The notes beneath the pieces were generated by a model. The model was not told the DNA's origin. It made no database searches and saw nothing but the letters and a program-made list of their open reading frames with translations. A DNA stretch of 64,000 nucleotides, taken from Bugula neritina (Eukaryota > Animalia > Bryozoa). The translations under genes were made by a program, and so were the position numbers. The stretch is from NCBI GenBank assembly GCA_964035545.1, contig OZ037773.1, positions 6,973,751 to 7,037,750 of the forward strand. Reading direction: 5' to 3'. Below are positions 1 to 13,154 of the stretch, piece after piece (the stretch's first letter is position 1; each line of letters opens with the position of its first letter).

Positions 1-95
1 GACTAGAGTTTGAATAGAGACTAGAGTTAGAATAGAAGCTAGAGTTAGTTTAGGGACTAGAGTTAGAATAGAGGCTAGAGTTAGAATAGAGGCTA
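1..95. repeat. 18-bp minisatellite (gactagagttagaataga) starting at an intron donor of the acyl-CoA synthetase gene
   Basis: About 5 imperfect copies visible, truncated by the window start. Confidence 0.85.
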
Positions 96-96
96 C

Positions 97-1342
97 CTGA
101 TGCAGTAAGTCACCTCATCTCCATATGCGTCATTATTGAGGGCACTTGATACCTAAAAGTAAATGCATTGTGGGAACAAAACTCATCGGAAGAAAACAAC
201 TCTTGATACAGCAATAAAACTTGAAAAATTTACTACTTCATCTAGAATTTGAAATTCATTGGTAGAATTTGGTATTCCAATTGCAGTATTATATTAATTT
301 ATATCATACCACAGCATTAGTCACTCCTGGAAACTGTAATAAAATATCTTCAATAGGTCCCGGATAAAACGCTTTGGCCATGATCTTAAACCTGAAGGCA
401 TCCACCGCCCGCCCTCTGATGTGGTGAGATCCATCCGGATACATGACAGCTATGTCTCTTCAAATTATAAACCGATAAGTCATTCAGATCCAAAATAGAA
501 GCAGTTGGCAGACGCAGCTAGTAAAGCCATTCTAAATATATTCTGCTCTTAGACCAAGTTTTAAAAATAAATAGTACTCAATAAAAAAGGGATACAGAGC
601 AGTTGAAAGAGAGATAGTGAAGTACAATGAACTATTTTTATTAAATTATATAATATAATAAGTTTGATTTCTTAGATCTCAAAGCGATTAGCTCCATTGT
701 TTTAATATTAGTTATATGACCAAAAAGATGGCGTTACTTCACCCCTATAACCCCCACTTATTTATACTCATTTAAGCTATATTTTGTGTTTTCTACCTAA
801 AGTTAGATGTAAAATTTTGCATTTGATTTCAAAACAATGTTTCAGCTGTATATACCTGTAATACCACTTTGTTTTTACATGTTGAACGAACCCGTTTGCA
901 TTATGTACAGTATTTAATAATAAACAGTCTGAAAAGATTTACATTTACCTGATTACAAAGTTAATGCTAATGAATCGCAATAGGGCTCTGATTTTAAGGT
1001 ATAAATGTTTGAACTTTAATTAAAGTTCGCAATAACAGGGAACATAGATTTTTACCCAGTTTTAAAGAATCCATCTTTAGTGAACGCAGCTCGTGTTTTC
1101 TCTGCCATCCCCTTGTATTCTTTGAGTAGGCTAAAGCTTTTAACTTCTAGCTCTCCCTCTGCTCCGATATCAACAATATTATTATGTTGATCAACCAAAC
1201 GGACCTGCATAAAAAGCAAAATGACTTTTAGCAGCCAAATATTTGCACGAGGTCTTGCCATGCACTCATATCACACACACACACACACATGCACGCACGC
1301 ACGCACCCGCGCGCACACATTTGCACGCACACACTCGCACGC

Positions 1343-1378
<36 letters not shown>

Positions 1379-4300
1379 TCGCATCAAACCTGCATGTTTT
1401 CATGACAAACAGGGGAAAACATAAAATGACACATGTCTGATATCTATGCATTTAATTTTTAGCATAACTAAGGGTCTCACAAGTTGACGATGGTAGAACT
1501 TTTATATCATATAAAGTATTTATGATTGTGTTGTCTCTAATTTAAAGATACATTAGTTTATAACACAATTTATTGATTTTTGTACCACAAAAAGTAGCTG
1601 TCAGTTTTTTCAAGCTGCATATAACTGCATTTTATTTTCTTGATACAAACAAAGCCTAGAATCTTTAGCTTAATTATAATATCTTCAATTAAGCAGTAAT
1701 ACTACCTCACAGTTTGGTTTAACATATAACTTAGCCTCAAGCCTCGTCTCTTCATCTTCAGGACTATCTCCCAAGGAAGAGAGGCTAACCATTCCAACTT
1801 CTGACATGCCATAACCAGACTAAAAGAATTATTTGGTTAGTTGAAAACAGTTAGAAACATGTTATAAATACTATTTTTAATTCAGAAATGTTAAAAAACA
1901 CTTTTTGCACTTGATGAATAAAATTCTTTGTTGAAACGATAAACAAAAAAAAGCAAAAATGAAATAAGAACATTTGTGCTAACATTCTAACTTTGTTTTT
2001 TTCCATAAGCAGTAATAACTGTTAAAGTAAATTTTTTAACTATAGCTCAATGTTAGTTTTTATGGTCAAAATAACTTTTTTTCATATCCTATCTATACTT
2101 AAAACCAAGTTATGATGTAAACCTTATGTGGGAAGATTTTGAGACTCACAAATTGCTTCCCTCCAAACACGGCTTTGATATTTTCTTTAAACTGCCTCGT
2201 CACAACTTGTCCACCATGCAATATGTACTTAAGATGTGGAACCTTAACATTTCCCTTCTTCTTCATATGATGAGCTATCAGTTGTACAAGTTGTCCTCCC
2301 ATTCCTAGAGTCTCAATCCTAGAAAGTAAAAGGAAACATTCTTCAAATGAAATAGACTCTAGCAAATGAATTTGTACAGAAAAATATAAGAGGGTAATGG
2401 ATTGCCAGTAGCTGTAGTTTAAATATAAAAGATAGAAATGAATTTTCAGTTTGTTAATGCTAAGCTACTACAATTTAATACCATTGCATCGTATTCTTCA
2501 ACTAGCATGCACCTTTTACATGAACAAGTTTAAAAAATAGTGAGCCAAAGCTGTACAAGTTATTTTGCCATTCCTAGAGTCTCAGTTCTGCAGTTAGATA
2601 GAACAAACATTAGACTAAAAGTTTAAATAAATTTATGCTATACAAAACTATATTTTATGATAACCTATAAGTGCAAACTAAACAAATGCATCAGATTTAT
2701 TCGAGTAACAAAAAGAGGATAAAAAAGTACCATTATCGTAGGTATTTTTTACCATGTATCCTTCATAGTATGCTAAAGATTATTTGCAAAAAAGTTTATT
2801 GAAGCCAAATTAGCATCTGCTGAATGAACAGATCATGTATGTTACAAGATCAATATTCAATTGATGCAATAATGCATACATATTTTTAACAGGAATGTAA
2901 ATTTTAAACTATACAAAACTTTTGTATCTAACTTTTTACATCAAGTATAATAAAAGAAAAAAATCTTTCTTTAGAAAACCACATTTTAGTCATGAAAGAA
3001 AACTATTGTAAGAAACAAAACATAATTTCATCAAATTGATGATGGGCATTATATTTTTCAACCAAAAGCTTTGGTTTTTGAGTACATAACTTTTATTTCC
3101 CTATGAATTTTAATTTTTAGTTATCGATCTGTAGTAAATTTTATGATAAGCTTATTAGACAGTTTCAATTTTTTGCTAATGTAAATATAATATGTAAATC
3201 ATTATTTATTGTTATTCTATCAATAATATGTATTTATATGTTTTATTATAATGTATTAAATATTATGCATTATTAGCCTATATATTATATTACTTAATTT
3301 AATTCAAAGTTGATGAAAACTTATGAGATATAACATGAATAAACTTTTCACTGCAGTTTCACATATAACATTAATATACATTGTTTTACTAACAAAGTCA
3401 ATCTTACTGTTCATCTAGAATTACATCTGCTAGCTTTCTGGTATTCTCCTCAATATTCTCTGGTGCAATCTGCATGCTGAGTACAACCTTGGACATTTTT
3501 CCAGCCAGCGAACACATCACAAACCCAAAGCTCACCAGTTCATCCATACTTGGGTTCGTTGTCAGCGCCGGCTAATTAAGTAGACAATTGAATACAAACA
3601 TGCAAATTAAAAAACAGACTGCAAAATATAAAATTTACACTAAAATAAAGATTCCCACAAAAGTGGTGAAAAATAAATGAAATGCAATGTGAATACGAAA
3701 TGTGACTTTTTTCAATTACAAAAACTAAGCTTATAAACAAAATTGTTTTGATTATACTTTGACTATATGACTACTAATATGACTTTTATACATGCTTTGT
3801 AATCACAGCAATCTTGCAGTCTCTTTTAGCAGCAATTTACCCATTTTAGTGGTGAGATTTAAAAATGCATAGTTGATTTACAAATTTATTTTTTATCAAA
3901 CAGTTGAAAATATTAATTTGCAATAAGTGTTATATTTAGTATAGCATGCTATATGTCTTACATACAAATAATGTTGTTCGAGCTGGAGTTCGTTGGAACT
4001 AGCTGCAGGAATAAACAAATTATACATATTGCATAAAACATCTATTAGATTTTAGCTGTTATAATAAGCAATTTTGAATTTTTAAACTCTATAAAAATAC
4101 TAAAGCAAAGGGTCTCAATATAAACACTTGCGACAGACTTTGATGTTAAACAAGCATTCACTTACACCATTATTATCAGGTAGCACTAACAGATCCCCCA
4201 TTCCTTGGTGCGAGTGTACTATGCACTTTGGTTTCCCAGTGCTCCCCTGTAACATCACAAAGTTTCATCTATTAAATTGGATTACGATATATTTTTATAG

Positions 4301-6286
4301 CAACATAATGTTTTTTATTAAGCATAGTAACATTGTACTATTTAGGTAATATCATACGCAACAAGATAGTAGCTTGTAGCCCAAAATAATTTTTAATTTG
4401 TTCTTATGTATAGATGTGCTTTTAGCAATTGAATAAATCGATTCAGTTAACAAAAAATATTTTTGTCATAACTTGAGCCATTGTCCTTATTATAGGAAAA
4501 GAGACAACATAATGTAATTATTAAAAAAAGATTCTGAAAATTAGGTGGTGAAATAAATACAGAAAACATTAAGGAAAATAAAAATTAATAGAGTTTTGTC
4601 GTTTGAAAGTTTCAACCATTGCAATTTATATACTAAAAGTAAAGCAATAAATGAAAGGTAAAATAAATTATAAAAATTATTTGAATATAGAACGATATGT
4701 GACACGTTTTGTATTTTATTTAAATGTTGCAATTTTGTGGCGTGAAAGGTTTTAGGGTGTATACTATTTTATTACCGATGAGAAGGTGTAAAACATATCG
4801 TATTCCGGCTGAACGCTGCCTTTAGCCGCTGCCAGCTCTTCATCGGTGATGACTTTTCCCATCTCAATCAGTTTGTCTAGATTATTTAGAAACTTGTGTG
4901 GAGGTGATCTATCTTTATGTGTGTGATCATAGAAGACGTGCTTCACTGTCGGTAATCTATAAGTATATATAAACGCTGAGCTAGTAGAAATAGTTAATAC
5001 GCTTTGGATATGTGATGTAAGATATACAATATCACATAGCCTCTGTACCATACAATAGAAATATTGACACATACTTAGAAGATGTCGGAGTCTCACAATC
5101 ATCAAACAGAGTCACCAGAGCAGAGAAAGTGTCACCATAGTCAGCTTCACCAACAACGATGACTTTCGGCTCCAAGGCTGACACCACATTGATTATACAT
5201 TGCTCTCTTGGAGTGTAAATGTACGGCTTCTGTAAGTTACAGAATACTTTATGTATGTTGATCTATATTTTATTTACAGCTTTTTACATAATATGATTTA
5301 GTAGTTTACAATAACCTAATGCAACAAGCTGTTACTGTTTCATAAAGCAATGAGTATACCTATTTTGTTATTTATTTTTTCATAAAGCATTGCTAGCTGT
5401 CATAAATGTTGAAAAACTTTTATATATGTCGCTATATTGGTATAGAAAACAGCTGTAGTCTAGTCTAGTTTAGTGTTTGCTATAGGGTATGGGTGCGAAT
5501 CAAGAAAAGTATCTAATTATTATTTTTCCTGTCTACTTAAACACATTGAAATTTTTGCAATCGTTGGTCTTTTACATAATTATATTTGAAGTCTAGCTTT
5601 TTAATAAGTACCAAATACATCTAACGAATTTCTTTGAGTGAGTAATATATTTCTGTGTCTATATAATGTTATGAAATCGAATGTTGGAAATTATATGCAG
5701 GTCATTAAATTATAGTTTATAAAGTATAGTCACGACTAAAGTTGTATTATAACCAACATTATATGTCTATATAAAGGTGCACATGTAATGAAATAAATAT
5801 TGAAAATAAAATAAATGAAATAAATATTGAAATAATTTGAAGAAGATATTTCTTACAGCAAATCCAATTCCAATAGAAGCTGCAGCAACGAACAATATAA
5901 TTGGCTCTGATGAGGAAACACCCATTGAACACAAGGCATCTTTACCAGGTACACATCCACAGGCTAACAAACCCTTTGCATATTGGTCAGCCTGAAACAT
6001 AACATTACAGCAATAAGCAATAGAAATCTTTAATTAACAATTCTTTTTCATTATACAATGGTGCCAATAAAGATGGGTATTAGAAAATTCTGCTCAACTA
6101 AAATATAACCCATACCTTAGCAAACACTTCTTCAGTTGATATTCTGGTGTTGGTCTCTAAATTAAGAATTTCTCCAACAAGACCTTTTCCTCTGGCTTCT
6201 TCAATAACTTGATACAAAGTGAGATCCTTTCTAAGAGGGTATTGAGAGTCATAAGAGCTTGTGTAGCTTTTAGTCAATGGCTCCAT
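97..6286 (-). CDS. Acyl-CoA synthetase / AMP-binding enzyme (ACSF2-like, ANL superfamily), 3'-partial
   Basis: Phase-consistent GT-AG exons: 6286-6116, 5991-5857, 5229-5075, 4956-4776, 4246-4166, 3571-3408, 2318-2150, 1819-1706, 1204-1056, 457-310, 152-97 (about 507 codons in window). ANL motifs join across the junctions: YTFSS|GSTGKPK (AMP-binding P-loop), [25 protein letters not shown]|DIA, GRAVD..YPGPIE. The C-terminus lies beyond position 1. Confidence 0.9.
1272..1380. repeat. (CA)n/(CACG)n microsatellite
   Basis: Directly visible; explains the HT/CV-repeat ORFs in the track. Confidence 0.9.
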
Positions 6287-6731
6287 AACTCCTTTGCTTA
6301 TTTAGTATACTAGTTTGAAAGGATTATTCTGCATCTAAAGCTTGCTGCCAGTAGAATGAACATCTATCAACTGTTTCAAGGTTTTGTAGAAAATATTTAT
6401 ATTGAAAAAATGTGATGGTACCAACACAATCTTTGATTAAAATTTTGCTATGTCACTTTTACCTAAAGGAAAAAGTTAACAACCATCTGTAAAGTTGTGT
6501 GTATAAAGATTCTATTGGGTGATAAGCAAACTAAAAGTAGCATGCAGCTAATGAATTATAGTTTATTTATGAAGCTGTAGAGTACCAAATACTGCCACTT
6601 CAAGTATAATATGCTTGCGACACACTTTTCACACACCAGAGCTGTTAATCAAGCAAATAATCATTGTCTTTCAATATATGGAGAATAATGGAGTGCAAAA
6701 TAATTATTTGGGACTATTGTAGAATTGGCTA

Positions 6732-6900
6732 TATAACATATAACATAACCTATAATAACATACATATAACATATAACATATAACATATAAAACATAGCAT
6801 ATAGCATATAGCATATAACATATAACATATAACATATAACATATAACATATAAAACATACCATATAGCATATAGCATATAACATATAACATATAACATAT
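6732..6900. repeat. Short-period microsatellite (ataacat/atagcat)n
   Basis: 7-bp unit repeated about 24 times; explains the MLYVICY ORFs. Confidence 0.9.
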
Positions 6901-7935
6901 AAAATAAAACTTATAATATGTAAAGTATAACTATAAGCTAAACTGCTAACTGTATATTATTATATAGAAATTATATGATATGGAAGACAACTTCAAAATT
7001 ATCCAACAATGATATAAAATGTATTAATTATTATTGTTTGTTTTAAATATAATATTATTATAATATATGTGCTCAAGACCACCCTGCTCTGTATTTTATT
7101 TATTTCTTCTTATGTTGGCAGACAATTTCAATTCAATTGCATCCAATCTTACCTATGAGCTATATAACAAATGCAGTTATACTTTAATTATTCCAGCTAC
7201 ATAACACATACCTTAATTGCCACTATTGTAAGATTTAGGCTAAACTTGTACATGTTATAAGTATTTGCTCTAAATAATAATAAAGTTTTACTATCTGAAG
7301 TTGCTTTTTAATACAGCTTCTTAACTTGTAATTTTTCATTTTCAAATACATATTAAAAGACTACTATTCTATCTTCAAGTGTAAGCAAAATATATACAAA
7401 ACCAAAAACTTTTATATTATAGAAGCAACATTTCCTGAGACATGATCACTATTAATTAGTACCCATCATCAGTTGAGTTGTAATGAAGATAAATGGTTGA
7501 CTTCGGATGTTTTTGAGCTGCAAGAGAATTTGGTAATCTCCTCTAGGAAGGTTGTAGCACGTACAGGATTGCCAACACTGTCATAAACAACGTGTCGCGT
7601 TAAATAGTTTTTGGCTGTTTCACTTCCCCAAACAGGTGAAAATAACATAAAGATTCACACCTATACTTTTACCTGTCTGGTTTCGATTCCATGCAAGTTG
7701 ATTTAGTCATCTTCACCACTTACTGTAAGTATACCTTTGACAAATTTAATTTTGGGAATTTTATTGTCTTACATAACATGTTTTATGTATCAATGGCTTG
7801 CAGTTTATTGTACTTCTATAGCAGTTTAATTTAGTTGATCATTTAATTTTTTATTATTAATGAAATATCTTCCAAAGAGGAAATCATGTTAGATCAGATA
7901 GCATGACCAGATAGTTTTCCTGGCATCATTAATCT

Positions 7936-8003
7936 GCAAGGATTTGAACCTTTAGTTGACCTTGTGTTTACTAAACCAGTACTTTTACCACACTAAGCTA
8001 AAG
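7936..8003 (-). mobile_element. tRNA-derived SINE head (tRNA-Thr(AGT)-like), degenerate
   Basis: Minus strand reads agcttagtgtggtaaaagtactggtttagtaaacacaaggtc..aggttcaaatcct: A-box, anticodon-like loop TTAGTAA and B-box GGTTCAAATCC. No intact acceptor stem. Confidence 0.5.
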
Positions 8004-8471
8004 AAAGCAGAAATTTAGAGCCCACTCTCAATAACATTCATTAAATTACAAAAATCTTTCAAGATTGGGCATATCGTGGTTTGCTAGTATATAGGGTTTG
8101 AAGCATATTTTTACAAATTAGTTGGTGTAGTTTTTAACGCCTTTTTAAAGTGTTAATATTTTTTTACATTTTGGATGCTATTATAAAATGAAAAAAGGAA
8201 TTAATACTAAACTTAGGGCGCTTTCGGATTCCCTATACAGGTATGCGTAGGGAAGATCCGAAATCAACCTTATAAATAATTTAGAAATTATATAAATAAA
8301 TTTCACCCAAACTTTAACTTCTAAGTAATAAGGCAGCTAGCTGTAGCCCAGATTTGTTTTCCTGAATAAAAACTTTGAACAGTCGTGTGATATATATTTA
8401 TAAGAAAAGCTTCTAAAAGTATTTGCTGTTTAAATGTTGTAAAATATGCTGTGTCTTTCAGGTGCGAAATA

Positions 8472-10852
8472 ATGGTGAAAAGTATTGCCCTTTTTCTCAC
8501 AGGTTAGATATAATAAACACAACAACTATTACATTTTTAATACTCTAGATATAATATAATATTTCACTTTGAGAATATTTTTGTATATTGTTCGCTATAA
8601 AATAAGTTTATGCTTGTGAGGTTTTACACAACATGATCTAATTTTGAATATTATTTTAGTGAGTCTACTCTTGTTGATTAGAGTAACAGAATGCAGGCGA
8701 CCACCTCAGAGGTATTCAGGTAATTTGTTCAACTTCTATGTTGTTGTTGATTATTTTATCCAAACAGGTGTATCAAACATTAAAATCCTGTGCAGCTTTT
8801 CCTTTTTAAAACCAGTCATTAAATGTATATATAATTGTATTATAAATGACTCATACATTCATGACATGTTATTTAGGCTTTTATGTGTAGAAAGGCTATT
8901 TTACGGCTAATTTCCAACTTTCATATCAAGTCATAAATAAGTAAGAACAACCAATAATTATGAAGATGATAATTTACACTTTTGAGCAACTCTGCTTTTG
9001 TTCTAAACAGTATAAACTCTTTAGCCTATACTCACAGACTGTGAGAACCCCTGATGACAAGGGTTTTAAACTTTGCCTCCCATGTCATATGCTGAAAACT
9101 TGGTTTGAAAACCTTCACTTAAAGCATGGAAGCATTTATGACAAGATGCCCCTTCTGACATCAGCAATGACCTTTTGGGAGGGAGTGGAACCCGTGACCT
9201 CTGGCTTACTGAACTATCCCTTACCACACTTGATCTGCTTCACAATATGATTTGCAGCTCAATACAGTATAAAGAAAAAGTTGTAGGTGAATTGTTTTTT
9301 GTTTAAAGCTGTGGTCAGAACTTGGGGGCCGTGGAGTAGATGGTCCGTATGCACAGTAGCTTGTGGTGGTGGTACACAGTCTAGGTCAAGAGCTTGTGTT
9401 GTGGACAGAAGGTCGATTCAAAGGGGAAGACAATACCATCCTTATAAGGGCAGGTGTTGGGGTGTCTCAGTTGGTGTGAGAAGATGCAACAGTCAATGCT
9501 GCAAAGGTAAGTATGGCACTTACTGTGTGACTTTAAATAACAACATACTATTTGCATACGCAATATGCTTATTTTTAACTTTTTTGGGAGTAGAACTGTC
9601 TCGTTGCACACCTGTATAAACTTTGTTAGAACAATTAGCTTAAGATCGCAAAGTGCAGTGTATCAGGTTGGTGTTGCTTAATTAACACTAATTTTTAAAT
9701 GATCATTTTAAAATGTAATAAATAAGAAAAATTCATTAGCTAGTATGGTAGTGAGATAGGCTAGCTGTAAATATCAAAGGAGAAAGAATTTTATGTTATC
9801 AAACACTTTACATTCAAATAAATTAATATTGTGAAAGGCTTTGGCTACATTTTTTCGAAACATTTATTTAAACATAACATTTACAATATTGGTTCTCTTA
9901 AACATCATGAAAGAGTTTTCTTATACAGCTCCTAGCAAATATTTTTTTTAAGAGAATGTGATGGATATATAAATATTGAACCAAAATTCTATTAGAAATC
10001 GTGGCTCTTTAAAAACATCCCCACGTATATAATTATATATGCATTATGAACATTTTATCAATATTAAGTGCACCAAAAGGTAGTAATAATGTGAATATTA
10101 TTAATTGTAAATATTACTGAGTGTGAGGCAATTTATGTAGTTGAGGGAAGATGGCAGCCGTGGTCAAGGTGGGCAGACTCAGGATCATTCAAATACCAAG
10201 TAGAGCAGCAGTATAGGACCAGGTCGTGTACTCCACCCCGGTGTGGCGGTGAGACATGCTCCGGGTACAGTTCTCAAGTCAAACAGTTTGGTGAGAGAGT
10301 ATTCAACCTTCTGTAATATCTGTAATGTCTGTAATATCTGTAATATCTGTAACATCTGTAATATCTGTAATATCTGTAATATCTGTAACATCTGTAATGT
10401 CTGTATTATCTGTAACATTTGTAACATGCTGTAACATCTCGTAGCTTTAAATACCAAATATTTCTTAAAAGTAACAGTGTAATAAGTGTGATACGTCGAA
10501 ATACAATAGATTTAATGCTATCATGGCAAACCAGTGTTTGTTCAAGTTGTATGAAAATAGTATTTCATTTGATTTTTATAGATAATTTGGTTTATGTATG
10601 GTGTGCTATGTGTTAAACTTGCATTCTAAGCGAGCATATCATATACATAATATATAAATAGATATAAATATACATACTTACATATATACATGTACATATA
10701 CATGCATATACCTATTATACTACATAGTAGGATATATAGTATATATTATTATAGTAGGAAATATTGTATATAATTTATATATAGAATATATATATTATAT
10801 AATTAAGATCATATAACTATTATTTGTAGGTAGAATATATGAGCCATACTGA
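8472..10852 (+). CDS. Small secreted thrombospondin type-1 (TSP1/TSR) repeat protein, about 153 aa
   Basis: Exons 8472-8502, 8660-8719, 9309-9506, 10141-10290, 10830-10852, all phase 1. Signal peptide [25 protein letters not shown]1 is [25 protein letters not shown]...RRCNSQCC; TSR2 is WQPWSRW...[15 protein letters not shown]. The last exon (GRIYEPY*) is the least certain. Confidence 0.75.
9040..9240 (-). mobile_element. Second tRNA-derived SINE copy (intronic)
   Basis: Minus strand at 9240-9177 reads agatcaagtgtggtaagggatagttcagtaagccagaggtcacgggttccactccc, with A/B-box spacing and similarity to the 7936-8003 copy. The body boundary is approximate. Confidence 0.5.
10310..10438. repeat. 9-bp minisatellite (tctgtaata)n
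   Basis: About 14 copies just after a TSP1 exon donor; explains the CNI/LQI ORFs. Confidence 0.9.
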
Positions 10853-13090
10853 ATGTACAGATAGATTATGAAGCTTCTATCTGGTCTTCAGTCTTCTATT
10901 AACAACCCATAAACTCTCATTGTTTTGAAGATATTATAATTTTAGTACATGTATTTTGATGATCTTATAGTAATTATAATTATAGTATAATTATTATCAA
11001 ATAAGCAATTTCTGTTAATTTCATTTTCTACCAACATTAAATAGATATTTTATTGTTTTATATATTATGTCCTAGAAGTCATGTTACCAACAAATTGAAC
11101 TTTTTGTCAGCACTCTATGGTTGTGAGCTTTTAGCTGCTAGTGCTGCTATTATGTAAATTAAAGTGTTATGTAATATTTTTATAGCATAACAAATCTCAC
11201 TCAAATACTATTATATTTACTGAGTTATTATTTGGTGTCATATTAGGATTTCATATTGAAGTGTTACCTAGCTTTAAGTCACCCACAGCTGTTGGAATAT
11301 TTCGTAAGTGGTAAACTTAATTACCATTTATAAAATCCACCATACTTGTACATTCAATTACAAGAATATTTATAGACATGCATGTTACACCCAAATAATT
11401 ATGATTTGCTTGCTTCTAATTTTTGAGTAATTAATCACGTTAATTCGAACTGCTTAGCTAATTATAATAAGCAAATTCTATACAATTTTTATGTAATTGT
11501 TTTAATAATAATATACTAATGAAGTGGTTATAACAAGATTTGCTAGAAAATAATTATTCAATATGTATCACAATAAATGCAATGACAGTGCTAGTCACAG
11601 AATTGCAACTCCTAAAATATGAAAACATTCAGAGAGTTTTTAGCTTTTATCCAAAATGTATGGTAAACCTTTAAATACATAAAGCACCCTAGTGCAATGT
11701 GTTGTATAATGCAATATACTTCATATATAGCATTGCTGCTAAAAATAGTATCATGTTGTATATTATTACACATAGCAGTATACTGTATAATAATACCATA
11801 ACAAATTAATATAACAGTATTATGCTTTATGCTATTACGTACACATAGCAAGGGTACATGAACAAGCTACCAGAATTAAACATATGTTGAGAAATTTTAC
11901 AAAGCAATAACCTAGAATAATGAAAAAAATTAAAATTTACTTGCAATTTAGAAGCAGTTGGAATTTTATATTAACTATACTGCAGCTGTATATGGCAAGC
12001 TTACATAAAGTAATAAAGTATATTAATATAAATAACATCATCTGTATTAAGTTTTTTACCAAGTAATATTTTGCAAAACCTGTGCAAGATAAATAATTTT
12101 GAATGTAATAAAACTTGATTGCCAATAGCTGCCGAAATATGACTATCCTGTTGATTCAAACCTATGATCAATAGACCACATTGGAGAATACAACTTCTCA
12201 TATCTATAATTGCATTATAACCCCCACTGTGTATTCACCTTTTTAGGGATAATTTTCTTTGTGTGTGTAGGCTTGGGGTGAATTTGAACAAAATATTATT
12301 TAGCGCCAGCATTGTTATGTTTTTCAGTTACCTACTGCAAAATAGTGCTATCTTAAAAAGCAGCTTTAATTTTGTTTTAGCTTTGCTTAAAATACTTCTT
12401 ATTTTCTTACAGCAAAACTTTGAGCTTGCAATAGTTTCTTATATGATGGCCAGTATTTTAACTGCCTCAATCGGTATCAGTTTGAGGTTATGAAACATTT
12501 TGCATTGCAAAAGCCTTAAGCAAAAGCAAAGTGCCCAGTATTATTGGGTGCTTAGCCAGTTTTAAAACAATATTAGCTCAATAATCTATCATCATGCAAA
12601 CTTCTAATTAAAGCTTAAAGTATTCAATAACAGATTTTGCCCAGACCTTGTCCTACATGAAAATGAATGTAGTTATAGTCGTGCCAACATCACAACATGG
12701 CGACATGGGTCAGAGATAATTTATGTCATTGTCCTTTTAATAATTTACCAGCATATGTCTGGCTAGAAAAGCCCTCCAGCTTTCACTTAGAGTCTTATAA
12801 CAAACTATTTTTATCTGCTGAAGTGAATGCCCTGTAAAGTCTCGTGAAGTTGTTGAAAAAACTACATTATCATTGTCTCATACTGATTATTCAGACACAA
12901 GCTATATATGGTCATATAATGGTAGGCTTTGAGCCCCCCCCCCCCCCTTTCTCCTCGCAATATAGCCTCAGCTTCGGTTTTGGTGTTGGTTTACTGCGTT
13001 TCTGTCTAGACCAATAGGGTTTTGTTAGCATTATTATAAAAATTTACCACAATAATATTTTTTGGTAATGAAAGCATTTTTAAAGCTATG

Positions 13091-13152
<62 letters not shown>
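13091..13152. repeat. (CA)n(TA)n microsatellite
   Basis: Directly visible. Confidence 0.9.

Positions 13153-13154
<2 letters not shown>

Noticed and set aside
3957-4010. Possible extra acyl-CoA synthetase exon ([12 protein letters not shown])
   Set aside because: The flanking exons already join in phase 0 and the available donors would shift the frame.
8610-8660. Apparent frameshifted start (ATG CTT GTG AGG TTT T ACA...) suggesting the TSP1 gene is a pseudogene
   Set aside because: An upstream exon (8472-8502) splices to 8660 and gives a clean ATG and signal peptide, so this stretch is intron.
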